DNA of 64,000 bases from Anolis carolinensis (Eukaryota). Below are positions 21,059 to 33,736 of this stretch, in pieces (positions within the stretch are counted from its first letter, which is position 1; each line of letters starts with the position of its first letter). A model generated the notes under the pieces. The model was not told the origin of the DNA, ran no database searches, and saw only the letters and a program-made list of their open reading frames with translations. Location: positions 157,868,897-157,932,896 of the forward strand of contig NC_085845.1 of the NCBI RefSeq assembly GCF_035594765.1, written 5' to 3'. The position numbers and the translations under genes were made by a program.

Positions 21059-21722
21059 TAGTACACTCTCTATTATACTTTCATGGTTGTGGTGATTTTT
21101 GTAACAAAAGGCAGACACAGTCTCATCTATATAAAAAACCAAAATTCTAATTATTCAATTGTGCTTTGAGTGAATGAACAGAGATTAATTGCCTCTCAGA
21201 TACCATCCCTTTTTGTAGTGTTTCTCTTCCCAAACGTGTGTGCATGTATGAAAAAAGGAGGCTTTAATTACTAATTTCCTCTAATTTTATTCAATTAAAA
21301 ACGGAAAATAGTACATTTTTTACAAAAGAAAAATGTTAAATTGTTATTTCCCTTTAGAACAGAAACTAAAATTGAGATTTTTTTTGGGCATAGTTAATGA
21401 CTGTTCATCCATAATAACAAATCCTCTCCTGTTACGATTTTCAAGCAATGTAATAGGATAACCCTACAAGGAGGAAAATAGAATTAAGGCAATCACTGCT
21501 GAACAGGACGTGCTTGCCATTTAATATGTAATATTAGGGAAGGATCTTGGTTCTGATCTAGTCATAGTAAATGCTTCGGTAGATCTTCCATTTTACTTAT
21601 TCTTCCAGAGTTAGAAATCTATACCTCACTTGCACTAAAAGGCTGTACTGTGGTAAGTGCTTTTTTTTCTAGTTTGCTTTTCTTATTTCTATTTAACATT
21701 TGACTGTCATTTCTCTTTCCAG

Positions 21723-21890
21723 GGCTTGGAGAAGGACCATATATTTTGGCCAGCTATGGTCAGAATGACACTGTGATAGGAGTCAATATCACTAGCAAGA
21801 AGATCTTTCCTTTGCCAAGAATCAGTATCAGTGGAAGTGTCTATTTTAATTTTATGTTAACTCCTGGACTTGTGAAAGACAAGATACTAT
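21723..21890 (+). CDS. OTOGL: OTOGL exon (AbfB-like)
   Basis: GLGEGPYILASYGQ..FMLTPGL. Confidence 0.93.
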
Positions 21891-22606
21891 GTAAGTTTTA
21901 TCTTCAGAATTTAGCATTTAGTATGAACAAACCTGTTTTAAGATTTAGGAAGAAAAATACTAGCTTTTCTATACCAGAGAATGCTTTAATAACAGTTTCC
22001 AAAATATGAATAAGTCTGGTAATGTTATAAAAGAGATTTTTTTACAACTAAAAGGGTGGGGAGATTTGGTTTTTAATTTTTTTTTTTACAAAGTCCTGAG
22101 CTCCAGCTGTCACTATATCTTCTGTCTGTACCCGTTGCAAACAAGCAAGCCATAGACATTTTAGACTGGATCTACCTTGTGTCTCTTCCATGACCTCTCA
22201 TCCCATTTAGAATAGCCTTAAGATTTTAGGATTTATTTTGTTTCTATTGACATTTTGGGGAAATTGGAGAGAGGAGGGTAATGCTCACAAAGTCTAGATG
22301 AGGATGAAAAGACACCCAGAACCTCAGAAGTTTCCCATTCTTTCTAATCTTCTGATTTGTTTAAATGCTTGATTATAAACTCAGGTGTTAGGATCTTTCC
22401 CCAGTATGTAAAAATAATAATTTGTAAGCTACAAGAATAATTATGATGGAATTGAACCCTTTTAAATATTGCTAATATATTTTAGTATAATCTTACAAGG
22501 ATTGGTTTATAAATAAATAGGCTTTTAGTTGAAGAGTATCATATTCAACACTTAGGTTTGGGTAGTTGATGCTTACTGTTTATTGCTATGGATTTATTTG
22601 TTGCAG

Positions 22607-22885
22607 CTCCTTCTCTGGTTTCACTTGAATCTGCTGAAAGACCAAACTATTTCCTATTTGTTCATGATGACAGAAGTGTTTCCTTAGAACAGTGGGTTGC
22701 AAGCTCAGCGTTTCGTAGAAGAGCAACTTTCTTTCATCACCAAGGTCTTTGGATCCCAGGTTACAGTGCATTCGAACTACATCGCAAGAAAGGTTTCTTC
22801 ATTATACTCACCATCTCTGCTGTCAAAGTGGCAAAGTATGACAATTCCGAAGAATTTAAACGTGCCAGCAGCTTCAGTATAGAGG
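22607..22885 (+). CDS. OTOGL: OTOGL exon (AbfB-like)
   Basis: VSLESAERPNYFL..ATFFHHQGLWIPGYSAFEL. Confidence 0.95.
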
Positions 22886-23712
22886 GTGAGTAATACATGA
22901 TAACTAGGCAGGATGAGTCAATGTGATCCTGTCACATGGAGTTCTTGATGGGTTGTTGCTTGAAATGCCGTTTTTGGACTTTAATCTGAGACATGATACT
23001 GATATACCATTTACCACATTATAGTAACAGTATGGTGTTGTTTACAACCATCCAAGTGTAGCCATACACTGCCTTTTTTCCTTTGAGATCTCAAAAGGAC
23101 CTTCATGGTGTAACATCTGAGATGAAGAGTTCCCTTCCTATTTGCATGTCTTTGTGACTGAGGCTTCTCTACATTGTAGAAAAATGTGTGCTCACTTTTG
23201 CTCATAGGCAATGCAATTCTGAGACACAAAGTTCTTGATGATTTGCTTGAAATGCAGATTTTAATCTGATTCAAAGCGCCTTGTCTTCTATTTCACAGTT
23301 TTATAGAGAATCTGGATTTTTTACATGTAGCATTGCTTCAGGTGGCATTGCTTGAATGTGTAATTGTGGGAAGGAGTTAGTAATGGGCAGAACTGGTTGG
23401 TAGGAAATGATTATTTCTTCCAGGATATAATTTCCCAGATATAATAAAAAAAAAAGAGAGGTGCATGTGTAAGTCAGTAAGTCAGAATATCAGTATTAGT
23501 GCTCCCACACTTAACAGAAAATATGTATGTCCGCATGCATGATGGGGGAAGATAATAAGCTACAGCCATGTGGCCGAATATAACACAAAAGGTTGGAAAT
23601 GGGGACGATTCCCTAACAGTGAGGTGAATTTACTGCCAGTTGTGACAATCTCAACACGATATGTGTGGTATTAACAGCGTCACTTTTAAAATATGTTTTT
23701 GATGTTTCTTAG

Positions 23713-23830
23713 AACTGCGTGCAGCAGTTCCTTACAGGAGGATGTGTGAATGGAGATATGAGCCTTGCACGAGTCCTTGTGTTAAAACCTGCAGTGATCC
23801 TGAAGGAATGGCATGTACATTTCTTCCACC
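23713..23830 (+). CDS. OTOGL: OTOGL exon (TIL-like)
   Basis: MCEWRYEPCTSPCVKTCSDP. Confidence 0.94.
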
Positions 23831-23857
23831 GTGAGTAGACTTTGTTATTTTGTATAG

Positions 23858-24313
23858 AATCATAGAATCATAGAATCATAGAATAGTAGAGTTGGAAGAG
23901 ACCTCATGGGCCATCTAGTCCAACCCCCTGCTAAGAAGCAGGAAATCGCATTCAAAGCACCCCTGACAGATGGCCATCCAGCCTCTGCTTAAAAGCTTCC
24001 AAAGAAGGAGCCTCCACCACAGTCTGGGGGAGAGAGTGCCACTGCCGAACAGCTCTCACAGTGAGGAAGTTCTTCCTGATGTTCAGGTGGAATCTCCTTT
24101 CCTGTAGTTTGAAGCCATTGTTCCGTGTCCTAGTCTGCAGGGCAGCAGAAAACAAGCTTGCTCCCTCCTGCCTATGACTTCCCCTCACGTATTTGTACAT
24201 GGCTATCATGTCTCCTCTCAGCCTTCTCTTCTGCAGGCTAAACATGCCCAGCTCTTTAAGCCGCTCCTCATAGGGCTTGTTCTCCAGACCCTTAATCATT
24301 TTAGTCGCCCTCC
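23858..24313 (-). mobile_element. Young 5'-truncated CR1 LINE
   Basis: Open ORF2 C-terminus YEERLKELGMFSLQKRRLRGD; (ATTCTATG)n tail; TATAG on both sides. Confidence 0.93.
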
Positions 24314-24879
24314 TATAGTAATGTAGTAAGCTCTTAACTTATTTAGTCCATTACTCTTATGGGGAGACCTAATGGCATTTTTTTTAAAGCTGGATTATTG
24401 TTAATTATAATGTAATACAGTTTATAATTCCTGTAATGGAAATAGGATCCCATTGTGTAGAGCTAGGGTAGGAATACCTTAGCTTCAGTTCCTATATGCT
24501 GCACGCATAATGGCCAGTAGGAAGCGACTGTAGAAAATGTAGCCGCAAATATATAAAAGGCTCTCCTGCATCCTTGAAGCAGCATAGATGCAGTAAAGGG
24601 ATGGGCATAAGATACATTGGTCTACATTTTGCATTTTCTCAAACATATGTTATATTTTGGAAATATACAGTAATGTAAAAAGATTTTAAAGAATAAAATG
24701 TAAGTATAAAAAAAGATCAGATTTCATCTACATTTTATAAATACAAATATTTATTTATTTACAGTATTTATTCCATCTGCAATTTGAATTCTGTGTTGTT
24801 TACAGCCATGGAAACATCAGATTTTTAAAAAAGCAGTAAAATAATTATAGTGTATTTTCTCTCCGAACTTTATTTGTAG

Positions 24880-24959
24880 TGTTGAAGGATGCTTACCATA
24901 TTGCCCTAAAGATATGATTCTTGATGAAATCACACTTAAATGTGTTTATCCAGAAGACT
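24880..24959 (+). CDS. OTOGL: OTOGL exon
   Basis: VEGCLPYCPKDMILDEITLKCVYPEDC; phase 2-1. Confidence 0.94.
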
Positions 24960-26922
24960 GTAAGTATCCCTATATATTCTTCCTAGATTACTGCAGTAAT
25001 ATCGTATACATTGGTTATCAACAATATAATTCCATGTTACAGTCATATTGGCTTCTTTTAATAAAAGGTGCTGTGTTTGCATATACACACTGTAATCTAA
25101 CACATTCTTTCTGGTTAGTAAAAGCAAGAGTGTGGGTGGATCCTAGTGAATATTTGAGGAGAGGGATGGACGCTTCCTGCTATTTCCCAGCAGCAGTTCT
25201 GTGTAGAAGTCATGGGTGAGTGATCTCAGCTGGGTGAATGTCTGTAATGTTGGCTTTGGACCGAGCAGGAAAGGGGCTATGAAATGTGCATGAAGATTAG
25301 AGACCCGGGAAGGGTTTTTTTTTCCTATTTGTATCCCTACTTCCCTACCTGACATTACATGGGCTGGAAAGAGAGTGTAGAAACTTGCTGTTTATAGCAT
25401 ATGGAGGTTGGAGTTGTGCAGGATGGGACATGATGGCATGGGGAATTAGGCAGCCATTTAATTCAATGGGCACATTAGAGGAAGAAATATTAGCCTTCAA
25501 GCATAACACTTGCCTACCAGGATAAATGCTTTTGCTATAGAACCCTGGTCTGTAGCACTTGATATTACAGATGTACTAATGGATCAGTCTTCTAGTAAAG
25601 TTGATTAGAGTTTGCTAGCAGAAAAGCCCTGGAAAAGTTAGAGAAGGAGGGAGGGGCGGGTGGAGCCTCATCATTCCAAATTCAAACCTCTTTCATCCAT
25701 GAGACACAGACCATATGCTGATGCAAGGGCAAAGGCTAAGATAAGTAATTGCCAGCATCTTTAATCTGAGAAGGTTTTGAATTCAGCACAGCTTCAATAT
25801 TGACTTACTTGTTCTTGCTTAACATGGTACTTAGCTAGATGGGAATATGCCTTGAGCCTTATTTATTACAGTGGGATTTATTTCTGAACATAAAAACATA
25901 TGAGATTGCACTCTTCATAATGACTGTAGGCTTTAATGCAAATTAGATTGCTATGGTTCTGAAAACTGCTTTTTTATAAAACTGAATTTTCTGACAATGG
26001 AAAATAATGTAAATTAATAGTAGACCCAGTGCTACTCCTGATAAGAACTGGGATGTCACCATACCTATGGTTTTCAGAAGCAGTGAAGATTTTCACAGGA
26101 AAAAAATCACAGAAGCTAAAGGTCACCAGCTAAAATCCCAAATAGACTGGCCGGCAAGACAGTGGAATTAGCGTAGTTGAGGGCAAGTGTGGAGAGAAAA
26201 AGAAAGCAGGATGGAATATCCTGCAAAAGCATGTGACTGATTGTCGACAACATTGAAAATGAGCACTCTATACTGCAATGTTTTGCATACTGTATGCTCC
26301 ACTTCTTTTGACTAATACCCTTCCAATACAAGTAGTTCAGGTAGTTATTTTATGCAGCACCAAAAATTAAATCCCACCAATCTAAATGAAACCTCTGAGT
26401 AAAGATACAAATAATTTCTCTAGTAATTTAAACATCGAAAGTACAAACTGTATATGTAAAAATCTTTGTTTTATTTTTGACATGCACTGGTTCCACATTT
26501 TTCAAAATATTACCCCAATGTTTGTTGATGAAGTGAATTGGTAGACCCAACTTTCTTTACAGATCTTGTTACTGCTTGTACACATATAATTTTGTAATAA
26601 CAAAAATTAGTTTCTCTGCTAATAATTCTGGTCTAGCAAGGATCAAATTTGGTTTTAACCCATATATCCTTTGGGGAAGTAGAAATTATGTGCAGAATAT
26701 CCAGTTACTAGACATACTTTCATCATGTACAAGGGGCTATGCAGGCAGTTGTCATGACACTTTCTTCCTAGCTGTGGAGCTTGACATAGCTACTCTCTCT
26801 CCTCCCTGACTTTATTGTGAAGAATCCTTCCTGATGCGAACACATCTAAAGAGAACCAGACTGGAAGAAACAGCTATGGATTGTTGTTTATGCTGTTGCT
26901 TATCAATCTCTTTTTTTTGCAG

Positions 26923-29486
26923 GCATACCTGTGAAATCTACAGAATCATCGGGGACAAAGCCTACCTTACTAAGTACTCAACTAGTAGACACAATAGAAA
27001 CATTTTCTCAAGTGCCTCCACAATTTGTTACTGAAGGGGTTGAACTAACATATATTAACCTGACTACCAAAACAACTGAAAAAGTAACGACTAAAGAGCA
27101 AATGCTTCTAGGTTTTTATTCAACAGCATCTCATGCAAGTACAGCTTTATCTGACAACTTCAGTACACCATCTGCTTTATTTGGATCTTCATCCCCATCA
27201 ACTCCCCCAACTAGTTCAAGAATCTCAACAACTAATGTTAAAACAACATCCTACAGTACAAGTCCCACTTTTGTTATACCATTGCCGTCTGAAACTACAG
27301 CTATGACACCATTGACAGCCTTTCTTCTAACAACCACATCCACAAAACCATTAGGATCCACAGCCACTTCTGCCACACTAGCTACATTAACTGTTGAACA
27401 AGGTTTTGCCTCTACTGAAATACCTAAAAGCACCTTAATGACCAGAAATCTTTCCACAAGTCCTTCCCAAGTGTCAATAGGTGTAGCAACACAATCCTTA
27501 TTAACTGAACAACAATCTCTTCCAAGCCCCATATTGTTTACACATTCACCATTAACACATGCATTTACTGTGACTTCAAAAAGTAAATCCTTTTTGTCTC
27601 CATCTCCCACAACTGTGTCTTCAGTTCCCTTTTTTACTTCTAGACCTACTGTTGCTACAAGATCTCTGCATAGTACCTCACCTTCATATGTAATGACAAT
27701 TCAACCTGATTTAAAGACAGAAACTGAAACACTTCTAACCCCTAAAGTTCTCTTAACTACAAAACATTTTTCTATAACTTCAGATATACATAGTGGAATA
27801 TCATCTTCAGTTGCTACTCAAAGACCTACAACAATACTATCTTCATTGGGTTTGAATGTCACACATGCAATGTCTACATTAGTGCGGCCTCCAATTACAT
27901 CTCTGAGCTCTAAAGCAACTGGGGAAGTTACCATTGCCTCAAAACGTTTTCATATAGAACCCTTCACAGATTCTCTTCCAAGTGTTCCTCAAGCTTCCAA
28001 ACCATTTTTGTCAAGTATAGTTTCAACAGAAAGTAAACCTGCACTCCATTCAGATTCATCTCCAGTGCCAATTACTTCTACAAGTACATCGGAATTTGTT
28101 GAGACCAGGACTTTGTCTAGTTATATTTCCATTTCACCTATAAAAAGGCCATATGATATATTACAAACAACTTCCACAGCCAGTATGGATATGCTTGTCC
28201 CAAACACAGAATTAAAAACTTCATCTTTAGTTCACAGTGTAGGTACATTTACTGCTTCTGCAGAGTTTCCAGGAACGTCATCTTTTACAAGCCCATTGGT
28301 TTCATTCCCAGTGTTAACACAGTCTTCTGTTCCCCAGATCTCTGTTTCAGCACCTCATTCTGAACGTTCATCAGTAATTCCCCAAACTGGTACCACTCCT
28401 GGTCTGATACCAACTATCACTCCAATACAGATGCCAGTGGTATCACTTGGTGATAAAACTACCTCAAGAAGCCCAGATTCATATCTTGCAGCATTGCCTT
28501 CAGCGGATCCTTTGTTGGCATCAAGTGTGGATGTTTCCACAATACATGCTACATCTTTAACTCCTTTGAAGGTCTCAGAAGTAGTTATGCCATCTTGGGT
28601 AGCTACAAGTTTGATGACTACTCCAATGGATCATAGAACATTGACTTCATTACAAAGTACATTCAGTACTCAGTTTGCAGAGCCAGCAAAACAGCCAGCA
28701 TTTACGGTGGGTGCACTTTCAAATATTACATCAATTCTGGAGGCTGTTACTGAAAAGTATTCACTTAGCCCCTCAGTTAGTTTACTGCTTTCATCTGTGG
28801 GCACAATAGAGCCTCCCAAAGATCCACAAGTTACAGAATTCTCTTCTGCCAGTTTCAAAGTTCACACAGATGCTGCATCAGTCCCAATTCCTGCTACCTT
28901 TCAAACAACTATATATGTTCCAAATATTACCTTGATTACATCCAGACCTTCCGCAGAAGCCTTCAGAACAACGCCCATTAAAATAGAAGTAGTAACTACC
29001 TCAGGCGGGGTAGAACCGAGTATGACAGAGACCTCTGAACTTCAAAATGCAACTTCTGCTGCAGAAACTATTCATGCTCTAGCACGTAACCAAACCTCAA
29101 AAATACAGGCAAGTGCAAGCACAGAAGAACCATCACCACTCCCAATTCAGGTGACTCCATCTATAGGTGAAGGCAGCACAGTGCCTGTGAAAACAGTCTC
29201 TCTCTCAGATGTGACAGATATAACTGTATCTGATTGGTCTCCACCAAAATCAGTTCCTCCACCAAAATCAGTTAGACCTTACTACAGTGTAACTGAACCA
29301 CAGCAAAAAAGGATTACCAGCATACCAAATGTCACAATAACAGATTCATCACACTCTTCTGCAGTGTCTCTGGGAACACAACCATCACAGGTGGAAATGG
29401 GAGTAATGACAACAGAAAGTGCAGAATTTGCTTCCTTTGGCACAATGGTTCATTCCTTTATGTCTGCAACATATCCAGAATGCACG
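26923..29486 (+). CDS. OTOGL: OTOGL 2564-nt Ser/Thr/Pro-rich (mucin-like) exon
   Basis: ttttgcag|GC ATA CCT...GAA TGC ACG|gtgag; open throughout; phase 1-0 fits both neighbours. Confidence 0.88.
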
Positions 29487-30076
29487 GTGAGAGCAGATTT
29501 GCCTACTTATCTGTTTTGCTGTTTATTCTAATTAGTATTTTAATTTTATTCTGGTCTTTTTTCCTCTTTGCATTTTTTACTTCTTGAAATGTCTCTGTCT
29601 TTATACACATTCTGCAGTTCTGTTGCTTCAGTGGCCAGTTCTTTCCAAATAATTCCTGCATATCTGCACTCTTTACTTTGTTTAGTTATAATCCTCACTG
29701 AGACAAACTATGTTATTTATTATTATTTTTATTAAGGTTATTTGCTTGCACTTCAATCATATTATCTATAACAGGTTTACTAGCACATCCAGTAATCAAA
29801 ATGTATTTATTTATTTGCCAAATTTGTACCCTGCCCTTCTCAACCCGGAGGGGGACTCAGAGCAGCCTCACATATCGGCAACAATTCAATGCCTTAAAAT
29901 AACATACAATTGGTAAACATCTACATTAAAACCAGAGAATTAAAACATCTAAAAACCGTTACATCAATTATTAAAATCACACAATCCATTTGAAGTAATG
30001 ATGAAACTGTGCTCAAAAAAATAAAATAATGATTTTAATGACACCAGCTTTTCTCTTTCTCTTTGCCATGGAACAG

Positions 30077-30254
30077 CCACGGTATCTTGATCCAGTAGAC
30101 CAATGTTCTCAGTATGTGTGCATTAATATGGGATGGATGCTCTACAACCTTTCAAGGAACTGTCATAGAAATGTAGAGAAACCAAACTGTGGTTTTCGAG
30201 GGATGCCAGTTCAAATTAACAGTGACAGCTGCTGTCCAGAATGGGAATGTCCTT
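30077..30254 (+). CDS. OTOGL: OTOGL exon
   Basis: DPVDQCSQYVC..CGFRGMPVQINSDSCCPEWECPC. Confidence 0.93.
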
Positions 30255-30911
30255 GTAAGTCTTTGCATAGATTACATAAATGTCTGAAAATTATGAAATA
30301 TGTATACAACTTTTTATAATTTGGAATGATGGGATTATAAGAAACCCATAGAGTCAGGGGCAAAGATAGGTATCAATTCCATGGACTAATCAGAAGCAAT
30401 AGTATTTGTAATAACCTGTATCACATTTAATTTTGAGAGTGCCGGGTTTTTGTTTTTTTTGTCTTTGTGGGAATAAGTATTCAGTAAGTTCTCTTATCTG
30501 GAATTGGAATTTGTGAATATCAGTCACAAGTGTGCCACTACAGGGAAAAGTGAACCCTGAGATGACCATTCATGTCTATTCATTCATCATCATTGCAGCT
30601 ACCCATTCTTCTTCTACAAGTAATTGCAAATCTATGTGAAATTTCTTGGGAATAATTACCATTGAAAAAAGTGGGACTTAATTCCATTTTGAACAGGCAT
30701 AGGATTGCATTGTTAATATAACTATGTTTGCTGCTGGAAAGTAGTCTTTATTATTTCTCTGTTCAGTGAAATGTTCACATTTTAATATAAGAAGTACGCA
30801 TTATATATCCCAAATAAGACTTATTGCTAATATAATGGTTCCTGGATTTAATACAAACACCTGTATTGTTATGTTTAATGATGATATCATTAACTATCAG
30901 CTCTTTCCTAG

Positions 30912-31054
30912 GTCAGTGCTCTGTCCTTTCTGAATTGAGCATTATTACATTTGATGGAAATAACCTTGCACTGTATAAAGTAGCCTCTTATATTTTGGTC
31001 AAGTTACCCACGGAAATTATTGTGGCTCATATTGAAAAGTGTCCCACTAATCAG
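30912..31054 (+). CDS. OTOGL: OTOGL exon (start of last VWD)
   Basis: CSVLSELSIITFDGNN. Confidence 0.94.
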
Positions 31055-31297
31055 GTAGGAAACTTGTGTGGCATTATACAATATTATGGGTCTTAGATTA
31101 AGACAATAACTTTATAGAGAGTGTTCATATTTCAGTGCTGATAATAAAATAAAATGCCTCAATTATGTTTTACAATTGATATGGAATCCATAAAGCTAGT
31201 GTCTGTGATTTTGGAGGAATTTTGACAGCAGATTAAAAAGCAAAGCTTTGGTATTTAAAATGCAAATTGCATAAATACTCAACATTAATTGTACAAT

Positions 31298-31556
31298 AAA
31301 GGGGCGTGGTGGAGCAATGGGTTAAACTCTTGTGTTGGTTGAACTGCTGACCTGAAGGTTGGCGGTTCGAATCCATGAGACAGAGTGAGCTCCCGTCTGT
31401 CAGCCCTAGCTTTCCATGTGGGGACATGAGAGAAGCCTCCCAGCAGGATGGTAATACATCTGGGCACCCCCTGGGTAATGTCTTTGTAGATGGCAGATTC
31501 TCTCACACCAGAAGCGACTTGCAGTATGTTTTCAATTTGCTTCTGATGCGACAAAA
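31298..31556 (+). mobile_element. tRNA-derived SINE
   Basis: A-box-like TGGAGCAATGG, B box GGTTCGAATCC, A tail; 11-bp TSD AATTGTACAAT. Confidence 0.85.
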
Positions 31557-31804
31557 AATTGTACAATCTCATGAAATAAGTACAAAACATGGGGCTCATT
31601 CCAAGTATGCATGCAGCTGGAGGGCTTTTAGTACAATCAGTGAAGTAATCTGTTTTGCAGCAATATTTATTTACATTCATTAATTAAGTTTACTTGTGCA
31701 AAAGACTTTATATTGAATTATAAGTAGCAGTATTTATAGTATTTCTGGAATTATGCCACTGTTTGCAACTGGAATTCTAACCCACTTTTAAAACTATTTT
31801 TCAG

Positions 31805-31828
31805 AGTGCTAATTCCATAAGAAAACTA
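31805..31828 (+). CDS. OTOGL: OTOGL 24-nt microexon
   Basis: tttcag|SANSIRKL|gtgagt; phase 0-0. Confidence 0.85.
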
Positions 31829-31962
31829 GTGAGTATTTTTCCAAGAATATTATTATTTATTAATATTTTATATAATTTTAATATAATTTTAAACAATCCG
31901 TACAATTTGTGGTGACTACATTATGACCATTCCAAAAATGTTTTCTATCTTTTTAATTCAAG

Positions 31963-32055
31963 GCTCTGCCTGGAAGTGCTTCAGGTCTCTGTTTTAAGAA
32001 ACTCAATGTAACAACACTGTTATATACAGTACTTATCAATCGTTTAGCAAGAAAG
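31963..32055 (+). CDS. OTOGL: OTOGL exon
   Basis: SGLCFKKLNVTT..NRLARK. Confidence 0.92.
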
Positions 32056-32809
32056 GTGAGTTGCATGTTAATAAAACATAAGCTGTAGAACGTTTCTACT
32101 AAAAATGAAATTGGAGACATAGACAAATAACTCTGAAATATTTTGGGATTAATTAATTTGAAGGAAGATTCCTTTTATCGCTCCTTGGTTTATCAATAGG
32201 AACCAGAAATGGGGAGATGAACAATGTTGAGCTTTCTGCTCCTAAAATACTTACACATAAATAGCACTAATTTCTATGGTTGTGACATTTTAACTTCTTG
32301 GGTATATGAATGTGTATGCATTCTTTTACAGGAGCAAAAGGGAAAATCAGTTGTTCCCAGTTTTGGTTGTGGAAAGACTCTGATAGATCCAAGCCATTGC
32401 TATGTATACTTGATGCTTTGTATTAATAATAGCTTTTAGAGAAGTACAGCAATAGGACAGTTCTAACTTTTGAATTCAAGCTATATTTATTGTTGCCCAG
32501 AAAGTCCTAAATATTGCACTTAGCTATTTAAAATTTGCAATTCTACTTTATTTTTTGTGCCAATCTTATTTCACTTTGAATATAAACCAGCTTCTCAGCA
32601 AAAGAGACCTCCCTGCAAGTCACATTACTTTAGAAAACAGAACTTGGTAAAGGGAACTTAATATGCTACCTTGTTTTTAAAAAAGCAGTCATGCCTTTGT
32701 CGTTCAATATGTTGCAAAGAGTCCCTAAAGAGGAACACTACCACTTCTGGTCCTCATGTGCATGATATCAAAACTCAGTAATACAGGTGTTTTTTAAACC
32801 TTATTTTAG

Positions 32810-32999
32810 GTTGTTGTGGATGCAATGATTCAGTCTTTGCCCTTCTCGAAAAATGGCTTATGCATTCAAGACACAGGTGCTATGTATGTAATCAATACGC
32901 CAGCTGGTATCAATATTAAATGGGCCCATGTTACAGGCATTATAGATATCCAGTATGGCTTTCACTCGAATATATCTACCAAAGCAGAAGGACTCTGTG
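32810..32999 (+). CDS. OTOGL: OTOGL exon
   Basis: TPAGINIKWAHVTGIIDI..EGLCG. Confidence 0.94.
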
Positions 33000-33521
33000 G
33001 TAAGAATAATAATTATTACTATAATTATAACCCTATAGTTATAACCCTACACTGATCCTATTTTGAAAAAGCATGTCTAAAGAGTTCATGAATGTATACT
33101 TTTCAGTGCAGGATGTTTGCAGCTGCCTGATATTGTGTCAGAGTAATGTCCCATCCACCACAGTATTTTACTGTGACTGGCAGTAGTTTCTTAGAACATC
33201 AGACACTTTATTCTTTTTATCCTTACATATCAAAAGTTATAGAATTCAAGAAAAAGGGCTAATAAGAATAAGAAGATAGTGATTGTCTCTCAAACAGAAG
33301 TTTCAGAGGATAATTTCTGCCTTTCTGTCTAGTGCCACTGTTACACTGCTATATAAAATCCAGATCTGCTATATAAAATCCAGATTATATGGAAGTGTAG
33401 ATTCATATAATTCAGTTCAAGGCAGATAATGTGGATTCCCTGATTTGATAATCTGGATTATATGGCAGTGTAGAAGGGGCCTAGCATATTTAATGACTTG
33501 AATTTATTTGTTGACATTAAG

Positions 33522-33736
33522 GTGTCTGTAATGGGGATCCAGTTGATGACTTGAAAATGCAGAACAGAACAGTGATCACGAATATGGAACACATTGAAGC
33601 TTTCATAAAGAGCTGGCAAATTGAGAAGTCAATTGATGTAACAACAAGAAGACTTGTAAGAAATTGTACAGAAGATAATTGTACGTATTGTATGGAACTC
33701 TTGAACAGATGGGTTTTTGCTCCTTGTCACAAAAAA
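33522..33736 (+). CDS. OTOGL: OTOGL exon
   Basis: CNGDPVDDLKMQN..SWQIEKS..PCHKK. Confidence 0.94.

Noticed and set aside
27251-28858. Antisense ORFs within the mucin-like exon
   Set aside because: They are shadows of the biased codon usage on the sense strand.
31301-31375. tRNA gene suggested by the A and B boxes
   Set aside because: It is the head of a SINE with a body, tail and TSD; no cloverleaf.
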